From an uncultured Algibacter sp. (GTDB taxonomy: Bacteria > Bacteroidota > Bacteroidia > Flavobacteriales > Flavobacteriaceae): a stretch of 64,000 nucleotides of DNA. Positions 38,770 through 48,071 of the stretch are shown here, in pieces. The first letter of the stretch is position 1. Each line of letters begins with the position of its first letter. The DNA lies in NCBI RefSeq assembly GCF_947495925.1, contig NZ_CANMAU010000001.1, positions 537,523-601,522 on the forward strand, given 5' to 3'. The notes beneath the pieces are model-generated. The model made no database searches and had not been told where the DNA came from. It saw only the letters and a program-made list of their open reading frames with translations. Made by a program: the position numbers and the translations under genes.

Positions 38770-41700
38770 ATGAATAAATACACCTTCTTAATATTGATAT
38801 TGATTTTCACTTCTTGCTCTAAAAGTAATAATCATAATATGCAATTTTCATTGGTTGCATCCAATAAATCTAATATTTATTTTAATAACCAACTTACTGA
38901 ATCAGACAGCCTTAATTATTTTAACTACCCATATATATACATGGGAGGAGGTGTTGCCGTTGGTGATTTTAATAATGATAACTTACAAGACCTCTATTTT
39001 ACAGGAAATATGGTTTCCAATAAACTCTATTTAAATAAAGGTCATTTAGTTTTTGAAGATGTTAGTAAATCAGCCAATATTGAAATGGATAACTCCTGGT
39101 ACTTAGGTGTTACAACTGTTGATATAAATAATGATGGATGGTTAGACTTGTATTTAAGTGTTTCAGGAAAAACAACCTCCTGCCCTAATAAACTTTTAGT
39201 TAATCAAGGAAAAGATGCTAATGGTAATATTTCTTTTAAAGAAGAAGCTCAAGCATATGGCATTGCAGATAAAGGCCACAGTACTCAAAGCACTTTTTTC
39301 GATTATGATAATGACGGTGATTTAGACCTATATGTAGCAAACTACCCCATTACTCCTTTCAGTACCACACCCGATATATTTAAAAAACACATCCAGCATG
39401 CTTCATCTATTCATTCTAATCACCTATATGCAAATAACGGAGATGGAACATTTAAAGATGTTACAAAAGCAGCCGGAGTTTTGTCGTATAGTCTTTCTCT
39501 AAGCGCAACCATAAGTGACCTAAACAATGATGGGCTCAAAGACATTTATGTAAGTAACGATTTTGCTAGTTCAGATTTCTGCTATATAAACAATGGAAAT
39601 GGTACTTTTAGGAATACGCTTGAACAATCTACAAAGCACACGGCTCTCTATGGGATGGGGGCAGATATCGCCGATTTTAATAACGATGGGCATCTTGATA
39701 TTTTCCAAGTGGACATGGATGCTTCAACAAATAAACGTTCCAAGGCTAATATGGCTAGTATGAATCCTCAAGTATTTTGGGATACTTATAACTCGGGGCT
39801 ATATTATCAATACATGCATAACTGTCTTCAGCTAAATACAGGAATACAAACACCAGATGGCAATCCTATTTTTAACAATATTTCTAGAATTGCAAATATC
39901 TCTTCTACAGATTGGAGCTGGGGCCCACTATTTGCTGATTTAGATAACGACGGTTGGAAAGATGTTTATGTCTCAAACGGAACAAGAAGAGAAATTAATA
40001 ATACTGATTTTTTTAATAAAATTAAAGAAGAAAGATCTGCTTTTGCTAAAAAGCCCACTCCAAACAATGCTCTTAAAAAATCGCTAAGCATCCCTTCTGA
40101 GAAAACGGATAACTTTGTGTACAAAAACTCAAAAGATTTGACTTTTGAAAAAATAAATAAACAATGGGGGTTAATTTTTGAAGGGTTTACAAATGGGGCT
40201 ACATATGCTGATTTAGATAATGATGGTGACTTAGAAATTATTTTAAATAATATTGATGATAAAGCTGTTATTTTTAAAAACAATAATATTGAAAACAAAA
40301 ATTCGATAGCTTTAAAGTTCACTGGTCCAACCTTAAACCCCAGAGGTATAGGTGTTAAATGTACTGTAATTTCAAAAGAGATAAAACAATTTCAAGAATT
40401 AACTATAGAACGTGGGTATTTATCGGCCGTTGCTCCAATTTTACATTTTGGCTTAGGAAATAATAAAGTAATAGATACATTACTGGTTGAATGGCCTGAT
40501 GGGAAATCTCAAATTATTAATAAGGTTAAGCCAAACCAGACTCTAGTTATTGAATACTCAGAAGCTATAAATCTTCCAAAAACAAAAAGAAGCAGTCCGA
40601 AATCAAAGTATTTTGATTCAAAAATTAGCAACCTAGATTCCTTATATAAACACAAAGAAAATGATTATGATGATTTTACTAAAGAAATACTACTACCTCA
40701 TAAAACATCAACTTTTGGCCCTTATGTTTCAGTAGGAGATCTCAATAACGACCAGCTCGAAGACTTTATAATAAGTGGAGCTTCTAAGCAAATGAGTGGA
40801 TTATTCTATCAAAACAAAAATGGCTCTTTTGATAAGGAGGAATTTGATTTTTCAGAAAATCAACTACAAGAAGATATGGGGTCTCTAATTTTTGATGCAA
40901 ATGATGATGGCAATATGGATTTATACATGGTAAGTGGTGGTAACGAATTTGACCCTCATTCTGAACTGCTACAAGACCGTTTATATGTTAATAACGGCAA
41001 TGGCGTTCTATCTATTTCTCACAATGCACTGCCGGAAATAACATCGAGTGGATCTCGAGTTTACAATTTTGATTTCGATAATGATGGAGATGACGACCTA
41101 CTCGTTTGCGGCCGCTTAGTTCCACAAAATTACCCTTCCCCTGCTAAATCTTATATTCTAGAAAATATCAGCACAAAAAATAAAGTTAAATTTAAGAATG
41201 TAACAGCCAATATACTACCTGAATTTGAAAACTTGGGCTTGGCAACATCAGCTTCAATTGAAGATATAGACGGTGACGGTTGGCATGATATAGTAATCAC
41301 TGGTGAATGGATGCCTATACGTGTATTTCGAAATAATTCGGGTAATGAGTTTATAGAAATATCTCAAAACCTAGGCTTAAATAACTCAACCGGATGGTGG
41401 TTTAGCCTTTCAAGTGGCGATTTTGATAATGATGGAGATATTGATTTTATTGCAGGAAACCTAGGATTAAATTACAAGTACAAATCTTCAGATGATGAAA
41501 CATTTGACATTTATTTCAATGATTTTGATAATAATAACAAAGGAGATATTGTGCTAAGTTATTATAATGAAGGTAAAAAATACCCTGTTAGAGGCCGTTC
41601 CTGCTCTTCCCAGCAAATAGGAGCTATTAAAAATAAATTTAAATCTTATAATGAATTTGCTGAAGCAACTCTAGTCGATGTTTATGGTAAAGATGAGCTT

Positions 41701-42096
41701 GAAAACGCATTACATTACCAAGTAAATACCTTTGCAACATCATACATTGAAAATAGAGGTGATAAATTTATTTTACATGCCCTACCTAATGAGGTGCAAC
41801 TATCGAGTATAAATCAAATCATTGTACAAGACTTTAATAGTGATGGTAATCTTGATGCCATAGTTGCAGGTAATTTATATGGTTCTGAAATTGAAACACC
41901 AAGAAACGATTCTGGCACAGGAGTTTACTTGTCTGGACAAGGAAACGGTACGTTCAAAGCCTTGTCTATTGAGGAAAGTGGATTCTATGCCCCAAAAGAT
42001 GTTAAAGACATGGCCCTTATAAAAGTGGGAAACAAACAAAAAGTTATAGTTGCTAATAACAATGATTTTGTGAAATTTATTTCTGTTAAAAATTAA
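38770..42096 (+). CDS. Twin FG-GAP/VCBS beta-propeller lipoprotein with central ASPIC/UnbV-like domain (CRTAC1-like), copy 1
   Basis: It has a lipobox IFTSC. There are 14 DxNxDGxxD-type Ca loops (VGDFNNDNLQD, VDINNDGWLD, FDYDNDGDLD, ...), arranged 7 + 7. They flank an UnbV-like segment (RGYLSAVAPILHFGLG ... VEWPDGK). Confidence 0.85.
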   Translation: MNKYTFLILILIFTSCSKSNNHNMQFSLVASNKSNIYFNNQLTESDSLNYFNYPYIYMGGGVAVGDFNNDNLQDLYFTGNMVSNKLYLNKGHLVFEDVSKSANIEMDNSWYLGVTTVDINNDGWLDLYLSVSGKTTSCPNKLLVNQGKDANGNISFKEEAQAYGIADKGHSTQSTFFDYDNDGDLDLYVANYPITPFSTTPDIFKKHIQHASSIHSNHLYANNGDGTFKDVTKAAGVLSYSLSLSATISDLNNDGLKDIYVSNDFASSDFCYINNGNGTFRNTLEQSTKHTALYGMGADIADFNNDGHLDIFQVDMDASTNKRSKANMASMNPQVFWDTYNSGLYYQYMHNCLQLNTGIQTPDGNPIFNNISRIANISSTDWSWGPLFADLDNDGWKDVYVSNGTRREINNTDFFNKIKEERSAFAKKPTPNNALKKSLSIPSEKTDNFVYKNSKDLTFEKINKQWGLIFEGFTNGATYADLDNDGDLEIILNNIDDKAVIFKNNNIENKNSIALKFTGPTLNPRGIGVKCTVISKEIKQFQELTIERGYLSAVAPILHFGLGNNKVIDTLLVEWPDGKSQIINKVKPNQTLVIEYSEAINLPKTKRSSPKSKYFDSKISNLDSLYKHKENDYDDFTKEILLPHKTSTFGPYVSVGDLNNDQLEDFIISGASKQMSGLFYQNKNGSFDKEEFDFSENQLQEDMGSLIFDANDDGNMDLYMVSGGNEFDPHSELLQDRLYVNNGNGVLSISHNALPEITSSGSRVYNFDFDNDGDDDLLVCGRLVPQNYPSPAKSYILENISTKNKVKFKNVTANILPEFENLGLATSASIEDIDGDGWHDIVITGEWMPIRVFRNNSGNEFIEISQNLGLNNSTGWWFSLSSGDFDNDGDIDFIAGNLGLNYKYKSSDDETFDIYFNDFDNNNKGDIVLSYYNEGKKYPVRGRSCSSQQIGAIKNKFKSYNEFAEATLVDVYGKDELENALHYQVNTFATSYIENRGDKFILHALPNEVQLSSINQIIVQDFNSDGNLDAIVAGNLYGSEIETPRNDSGTGVYLSGQGNGTFKALSIEESGFYAPKDVKDMALIKVGNKQKVIVANNNDFVKFISVKN

Positions 42097-42110
42097 GCGA
42101 TAAAACTATT

Positions 42111-45100
42111 ATGAATATCAGAAAAGATAAATACTTTCTTATTCCACTTTTTCTTGTACTTCTGAATTCATGTAAAGATGAAATCTCCGAAACCATCGTT
42201 GAAAAAAAGCAAACTCTATTTAGTAAAATGGAGGCGTCAAAAACAGGAATTACATTCAACAATACCATAAGTGAAAACCTAAATAATTTTTTTGTGGTAT
42301 ATAACTATGCTTACAACGGCGGAGGTGTGGCTATAGGTGATATTAATAATGATGGTCTAGCCGATATATATTTCACCGGAAATCAGGTAGAAAATAGACT
42401 TTACCTCAACAAAGGCAACTTTCAATTTGAAGACATTACAAAAAAAGCTGGAGTAGCTGGTCACTTTGGTTGGAATAACGGAGTGGTTATGGTCGACATA
42501 AATGGTGATACGCTGCTTGATATTTACGTATGTCGTGGTGGTTGGAAAGGATCAAATACCGAACGTGCTAATTTGCTTTTTATAAATAATGGCAATTCAA
42601 CTTTTACCGAAAGTGCAGCGAAGTATGGTATTGCAGACATTGGCTTCTCAATGATGGCCTCATTTTTTGATTTTGACAATGATAACGATTTGGATTTGTA
42701 CATCATTAATCGTCCACAGAAATTTAATCTTTCTCACAATGGTATTGCCAAAGGCAGAAAAGACCAGCATCCGCTTTTCAGACATAAATTATACGAAAAC
42801 AATAACGGCATTTATAAAGAAGTTGGATTAGAATCGGGAATTGACCAAACCTTTTCATATGGCTTAGGCTTGGTCACTTCAGACATAAATAATGATGGAT
42901 TCTCAGATGTTTATATAGCTAACGATTATTTTGAGAGTGATTACTTCTTTAAAAATAATGGTAATAAAACCTTTACTCAAGATATTAAATCAATGACCAA
43001 CCATGTAGCCTTTTACGGTATGGGCGTTGATGTTGTAGACTTTAATAATGACGGGTATGAAGACCTTATAGAACTAGAAATGACACCGTCTGATCATGAA
43101 CGAGCTAAAATGAATATGGCGAGTATGGATGTAGAAGGTTTTAATAGAATATTAGACCATGGCAATCACTATCAATACATGCATAATATGCTTCAAATTA
43201 ATAATGGCAATGGTTTTTTTAGTGAGATAAGCCAACAAGCTGGTGTTGCAAAAACAGATTGGAGTTGGTCTTGTTTAGGTAGTGATTTTGACAATGATGG
43301 TCACAGAGATCTATTTATTACCAATGGGTTTAGAAGAGATGTTTTTGATAAAGATGCAACAACAACGTTTATGGCTTACTTAAAATCTGATGAAAAGAAA
43401 AGAAAATCAAAAGTAGAAAACCTGAACTATATCGTTAATTTATTTAATGAAAATAAAATCTCAAATTATATCTATAAAAACGAAGGAAATTTAAAATTTA
43501 CATCTAAAGTTGACGATTGGGGTTTTAATGATGTTAGTTTTTCCAATGGCGCTGCTGTTGGGGATTTAGATAATGATGGGGATTTAGATTTAGTAGTGAA
43601 TAATATAAACGACCCCGCATTTATCTATAGAAACAACAGCGAAAAAGAAGGATATAATTATTTAAAAGTCAAACTCAATGGTCCAAAACAAAATACCGTA
43701 GGTCTTGGAGCTAAAATCACATTATATTATAAGGATAGTATTCAATACCACGAACTCAAAAATGTTAGAGGTTACTTATCGTCTGTTGATCCAATAGCCC
43801 ATTTCGGATTAAAGAAAAGAAACAAGGTAGATTCTATTAAAGTTCGCTGGCCAGATGGGAAACTTAGCAGTTCATATAATGTTGACGTTAATAAAACGCT
43901 TGTTATTGATTACCAAAATTCAAATAACAAAAACCAGCTTGACTCTGCGCAACCTAAGGATCCTGTATTGATTGATATCACCGACAAGGCATTTGTAAGA
44001 GCATCCGCAATACATCAAGAAAATGAGTTTAATGATTTTAAGGACCAAATATTGTTGCCTCACAAACTTTCAACGGAAGGTCCAACTATAGCCGTTGCCG
44101 ATGTTAACAACGATGGCTTAGAAGATTTTTATTTAGGTGGTTCTGCCTCTTTTGAAGGACAGCTATTTCTTCAGAAAAAAGATAAAACCTTTTCCAAATT
44201 AACTCAACCAAGTTTTAAAACAGATAAAAGTTTTGAAGATACTGCATCTATTTTTTTTGATGCCAATAGTGATGGTTATCAAGATTTGTATGTGGTAAGT
44301 GGTAGTAACGAGTTTGGAGAAGGTTCTGCAATGTTGCAAGACAGATTGTATTTGAATAATGGAAAAGGACAATTTAGTAAATCAAGTAACCTACCAAAAA
44401 TCCTTACTAGTGGTGGTTGTGTCATACCATTAGATTACGATAATGATGGTGATTTAGATTTATTTATAGGAGGTAGGTTGGTTCCAAAAAAATATTTAAA
44501 AACACCAAGAAGTTATATTTTAAATAACGACAAGGGCCTGTTTACGGATGTCACGTCGCAAATAGCACCTAGCATTCAAAATATTGGGATGATTACCGAT
44601 GCTACATGGGTAGATATGGATAACGACCATAAAAATGAATTAATAATTGTTGGCGAGTGGATGCCTATTAGTGTTTTTAAATATAAAAATGGTGGTTTTC
44701 ATCAAGCGCAGATGCCCGCATTAAAAAACTCTAGTGGGTGGTGGAATTGTATCATCTCCAAAGATATTGATCAAGATGGTGATTTAGATTTTGTTGTTGG
44801 AAACTTGGGCGAAAATTACAAGTTCAAGGCTTCACCAAAAAAACCTTTTTATGTTTATGTTTCAGATTACGATAATAACGGTACAAATGATGTGTTTTTA
44901 GCCAAACCCTATAAAAACAAAATTGTTCCAATACGAGGAAAAGAATGCTCAACACAACAGTTACCAGGTTTATCTGAAAAATTTAAAACTTATAGCGAAT
45001 TTGCACAGGCAGATATCGCTACTATTTTAGATGATTCAGATGAAAAATCACAAAAACACGAAGTGCAGTTGTTTCAATCCGTACTTCTTAAAAACAAAAA

Positions 45101-45476
45101 TGGACAATTATCCATTCAGCCCTTACCCTATCAAGCACAATATTCAACTATTCAGGATGCCGTTATAAAAGATTTTAATAAAGATGGTATTCAAGATATA
45201 CTTGTGGGAGGCAATAAATTTAATGTAGAAATTGAAACGACAAGGGCAGATGCGTCGATTGGTTTATTATTAAATGGCGACGGTCATTTCAAGTTTAAAC
45301 CTTCTGCAACGCGTTCCAGTGGTGTATTCTTACCAAAGAACGTTAAGACTCTTAAGGCAATTCGTTTAGGGCTAGAAACCGAAAAAGCAATACAAGGTGT
45401 TTTGGTAGGCGTTAACGATGCTAGTATTCATTTGCTAATAGAAAACCCTAAATCAGCTAAAACTTCTACTAATTAG
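42111..45476 (+). CDS. Twin FG-GAP/VCBS beta-propeller lipoprotein with central ASPIC/UnbV-like domain, copy 2
   Basis: It is a colinear paralog of copy 1 (GGGVAIGDINNDGLADIYFTGN; RGYLSSVDPIAHFGLK ... VRWPDGK). The lipobox LLNSC is followed by KDEISE, which fits a surface-export signal. Confidence 0.85.
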   Translation: MNIRKDKYFLIPLFLVLLNSCKDEISETIVEKKQTLFSKMEASKTGITFNNTISENLNNFFVVYNYAYNGGGVAIGDINNDGLADIYFTGNQVENRLYLNKGNFQFEDITKKAGVAGHFGWNNGVVMVDINGDTLLDIYVCRGGWKGSNTERANLLFINNGNSTFTESAAKYGIADIGFSMMASFFDFDNDNDLDLYIINRPQKFNLSHNGIAKGRKDQHPLFRHKLYENNNGIYKEVGLESGIDQTFSYGLGLVTSDINNDGFSDVYIANDYFESDYFFKNNGNKTFTQDIKSMTNHVAFYGMGVDVVDFNNDGYEDLIELEMTPSDHERAKMNMASMDVEGFNRILDHGNHYQYMHNMLQINNGNGFFSEISQQAGVAKTDWSWSCLGSDFDNDGHRDLFITNGFRRDVFDKDATTTFMAYLKSDEKKRKSKVENLNYIVNLFNENKISNYIYKNEGNLKFTSKVDDWGFNDVSFSNGAAVGDLDNDGDLDLVVNNINDPAFIYRNNSEKEGYNYLKVKLNGPKQNTVGLGAKITLYYKDSIQYHELKNVRGYLSSVDPIAHFGLKKRNKVDSIKVRWPDGKLSSSYNVDVNKTLVIDYQNSNNKNQLDSAQPKDPVLIDITDKAFVRASAIHQENEFNDFKDQILLPHKLSTEGPTIAVADVNNDGLEDFYLGGSASFEGQLFLQKKDKTFSKLTQPSFKTDKSFEDTASIFFDANSDGYQDLYVVSGSNEFGEGSAMLQDRLYLNNGKGQFSKSSNLPKILTSGGCVIPLDYDNDGDLDLFIGGRLVPKKYLKTPRSYILNNDKGLFTDVTSQIAPSIQNIGMITDATWVDMDNDHKNELIIVGEWMPISVFKYKNGGFHQAQMPALKNSSGWWNCIISKDIDQDGDLDFVVGNLGENYKFKASPKKPFYVYVSDYDNNGTNDVFLAKPYKNKIVPIRGKECSTQQLPGLSEKFKTYSEFAQADIATILDDSDEKSQKHEVQLFQSVLLKNKNGQLSIQPLPYQAQYSTIQDAVIKDFNKDGIQDILVGGNKFNVEIETTRADASIGLLLNGDGHFKFKPSATRSSGVFLPKNVKTLKAIRLGLETEKAIQGVLVGVNDASIHLLIENPKSAKTSTN

Positions 45477-45492
45477 ATATTTTTTCTTCATT

Positions 45493-48024
45493 ATGAAACC
45501 AATATTAATAGGACTTTTAATTTGTTTTAATCTATCCTGTTTAGCCCAAGACAAGAACATATTCAAAATTAATAAACAAGAGTATCTTGAAAAACAGGGA
45601 GCTAATGTTATGCTTGCTCATGACTTTTATCCTGAAAGTCATCAAGGAGGTGTTGGTATTATTCAAAACGGAATTCGTATCGCTACAAATGGAGATTTAA
45701 GACTAGAACCTACGCCTGGACAGTGGCAGTCTGTACCTAAAGTTGGAGAACGCTTGGTAAACAAAGAGGCGCAAACCATTAGTGTAACCATGCAGTACCC
45801 TGATGCTAGTAAAAAAACGGGGTTTAATCCTATTAAATATCCTGAATTAGAACTTTCATATACGCTAAGTGTAAAGGCGGAAGGTACTTCTTTTAAGATT
45901 ATTGTTGACCTAGATAAACCTCTTCCTTCTGAATGGATTGGCAAAGTAGGTCTGAATATTGAATTATTCCCTGGTGAACTTTTTGGGAAATCTTATTACA
46001 TGGATAACCATTTTGGGATATTTAATAGGCAAGCCAATGGTCCTGGCTATTATGATAATGATAATCAGTACCAAATAAAACCTATGGCTTCTGGCACTGA
46101 ATTAGCCATTATTCCAGAAAACGAAAACCGAACGCTACTTATTAAAAGCCTTCAAAATAACACTTTGGAACTTATTGATGGAAGGGCCCAACATAATAAT
46201 GGATGGTTCGTTGTACGCTCATTAATTCCTGAAGGTGCAACAAAAAATGCTATAGAATGGTTAGTAACCCCAAACACAGAAGAAAACTTCATTTATAACC
46301 CAGTGGTTCAGGTATCTCAAGTAGGATATCATACTACCCAAGAAAAAATAGCAGTAGTAGAAACAGACCTTAATGATACTCGTATTGAAAACATCAAATT
46401 ATATAAAGTAAACCATACTGGCGGACTAGACGAAATCAAATCAGAGACTCCAAAAAACTGGGGTAAATTCTTAAGATATAATTATTACCATTTTAATTTC
46501 TCTGACGTTAAGGAATCTGGAATGTACGTCCTAAAATACAGGACGTTCACAACGAACCCTTTTCAAATCAGTAAAACCATTTTTAATAGACATATTTGGC
46601 AACCCACCTTAGAGTATTTTTTACCTGTTCAAATGTGTCACATGCGCGTTAATGATCGCTATAAAGTTTGGCACGGCCTCTGCCATATGGATGATGCAAG
46701 AATGGCACCTACCAACACGAATCATTTTGACGGGTATGAACAAGGCACTACCACCTTAACAACCTATAAATCTGGGGAACATGTTCCATGGCTAAATATT
46801 GGCGGTTGGCATGATGCAGGCGATTATGATTTGCGCATTGAATCTCAAGCATCAACTATTCAAGGGCTCTCGTACATTTATGAATTGTTTGATGTTAATT
46901 ATGATAATACAAGTATAGACCAAATCTCCAAAGTAGTAGAGATTCATAAACCAGATGGCAAACCTGATGTTTTACAACAAATTGAACATGGTGCGCTGTC
47001 TATTATTGGCGGTTATAAATCTATGAATCGTTTCTATAGAGGAATTATTGTGCCCACTAAACGTCAATATGTATTGCTTGGAGACCCCGTTAATCATAGC
47101 GATAATTTAATATATTCTAAGGATATTAATAATGAAGAAGATCTTTCTAATTTTAAAAACAACAACGGGAAAAACCTCCTATTTAGCCCTGAAAGTGAGT
47201 CTATTGAAAATGGCGAATTAGGAGCACCTGACGATCGTTGGGTGTTTACGGAAAATAACCCAAGAAGGACATATAATACAGCTGCAGCCTTAGCTGCTAG
47301 CTCTAGAGTCCTAAAAATGTACAATGACAGTCTTTCTATTCAGTGCTTAAATATTGCTAAAACTGTTTGGACCAAATCAGAAAGTGATAATCCTAAATTA
47401 AAAATAGCATTGGCGATTGAGCTATTAAAAACTACAAAAGAGAAAACGTATCATAATTTTCTAGAATCCCAAGAGCAATATATCATAGAAAATATTTCTG
47501 ATTTCGGCTGGTTAATAGGTCCTGTGTTGTCTTTAATTGAAAATCAAGAATTTAATGCTAACATCAAAGCGGCTGTTCAGGTCTACCTAAAAGACATTGA
47601 ACAATTAGGCAAAGAAACCCCTTATGGCGTACCATATAAGCCTAATATTTGGGGAGCCGGTTGGGGCATTCAAAATTTTGGTGTACAGCAGTATTTCTTG
47701 CATACATCTTATCCAGAAATTTTTCCGAAAGCATATATGTTGAATGCCATGAACTTTATTTTAGGAGTACATCCAGGTGTAAACACCTCTTCGTTTGCTT
47801 CGGGTGTGGGAGCTAGATCACTAACACAAGCTTATGGAGTCACCAGAGGAGAACGTTCATTCATCCCAGGAGGTATTGGATCTGGAACGGCTTTAATTAG
47901 ACCTGATTTCCCCGAGCTATTAGAATGGCCTTTTTTATGGCAACAAACCGAATATGTGTTAGGGGGAGGAACTACGGATTATATGTTTCTTATAATTGCC
48001 TCCGATTACTTATTAAACAAATAA
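45493..48024 (+). CDS. Divergent GH9-like glycoside hydrolase with Ig-like domain and an unassigned ~270-aa N-terminal module
   Basis: It has a CelD_N-like start (VVQVSQVGYHTTQEKIAVVE), the GH9 catalytic-base motif GGWHDAGDYD, and a candidate acid Glu in WQQTEYVLGGG. I did not see a canonical HHR block. A signal or lipobox FNLSC is present. Confidence 0.6.
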   Translation: MKPILIGLLICFNLSCLAQDKNIFKINKQEYLEKQGANVMLAHDFYPESHQGGVGIIQNGIRIATNGDLRLEPTPGQWQSVPKVGERLVNKEAQTISVTMQYPDASKKTGFNPIKYPELELSYTLSVKAEGTSFKIIVDLDKPLPSEWIGKVGLNIELFPGELFGKSYYMDNHFGIFNRQANGPGYYDNDNQYQIKPMASGTELAIIPENENRTLLIKSLQNNTLELIDGRAQHNNGWFVVRSLIPEGATKNAIEWLVTPNTEENFIYNPVVQVSQVGYHTTQEKIAVVETDLNDTRIENIKLYKVNHTGGLDEIKSETPKNWGKFLRYNYYHFNFSDVKESGMYVLKYRTFTTNPFQISKTIFNRHIWQPTLEYFLPVQMCHMRVNDRYKVWHGLCHMDDARMAPTNTNHFDGYEQGTTTLTTYKSGEHVPWLNIGGWHDAGDYDLRIESQASTIQGLSYIYELFDVNYDNTSIDQISKVVEIHKPDGKPDVLQQIEHGALSIIGGYKSMNRFYRGIIVPTKRQYVLLGDPVNHSDNLIYSKDINNEEDLSNFKNNNGKNLLFSPESESIENGELGAPDDRWVFTENNPRRTYNTAAALAASSRVLKMYNDSLSIQCLNIAKTVWTKSESDNPKLKIALAIELLKTTKEKTYHNFLESQEQYIIENISDFGWLIGPVLSLIENQEFNANIKAAVQVYLKDIEQLGKETPYGVPYKPNIWGAGWGIQNFGVQQYFLHTSYPEIFPKAYMLNAMNFILGVHPGVNTSSFASGVGARSLTQAYGVTRGERSFIPGGIGSGTALIRPDFPELLEWPFLWQQTEYVLGGGTTDYMFLIIASDYLLNK

Positions 48025-48071
48025 TTTTCCATAGTCATCAATATAACCTAATTTAGAAACTAAAATTCATT

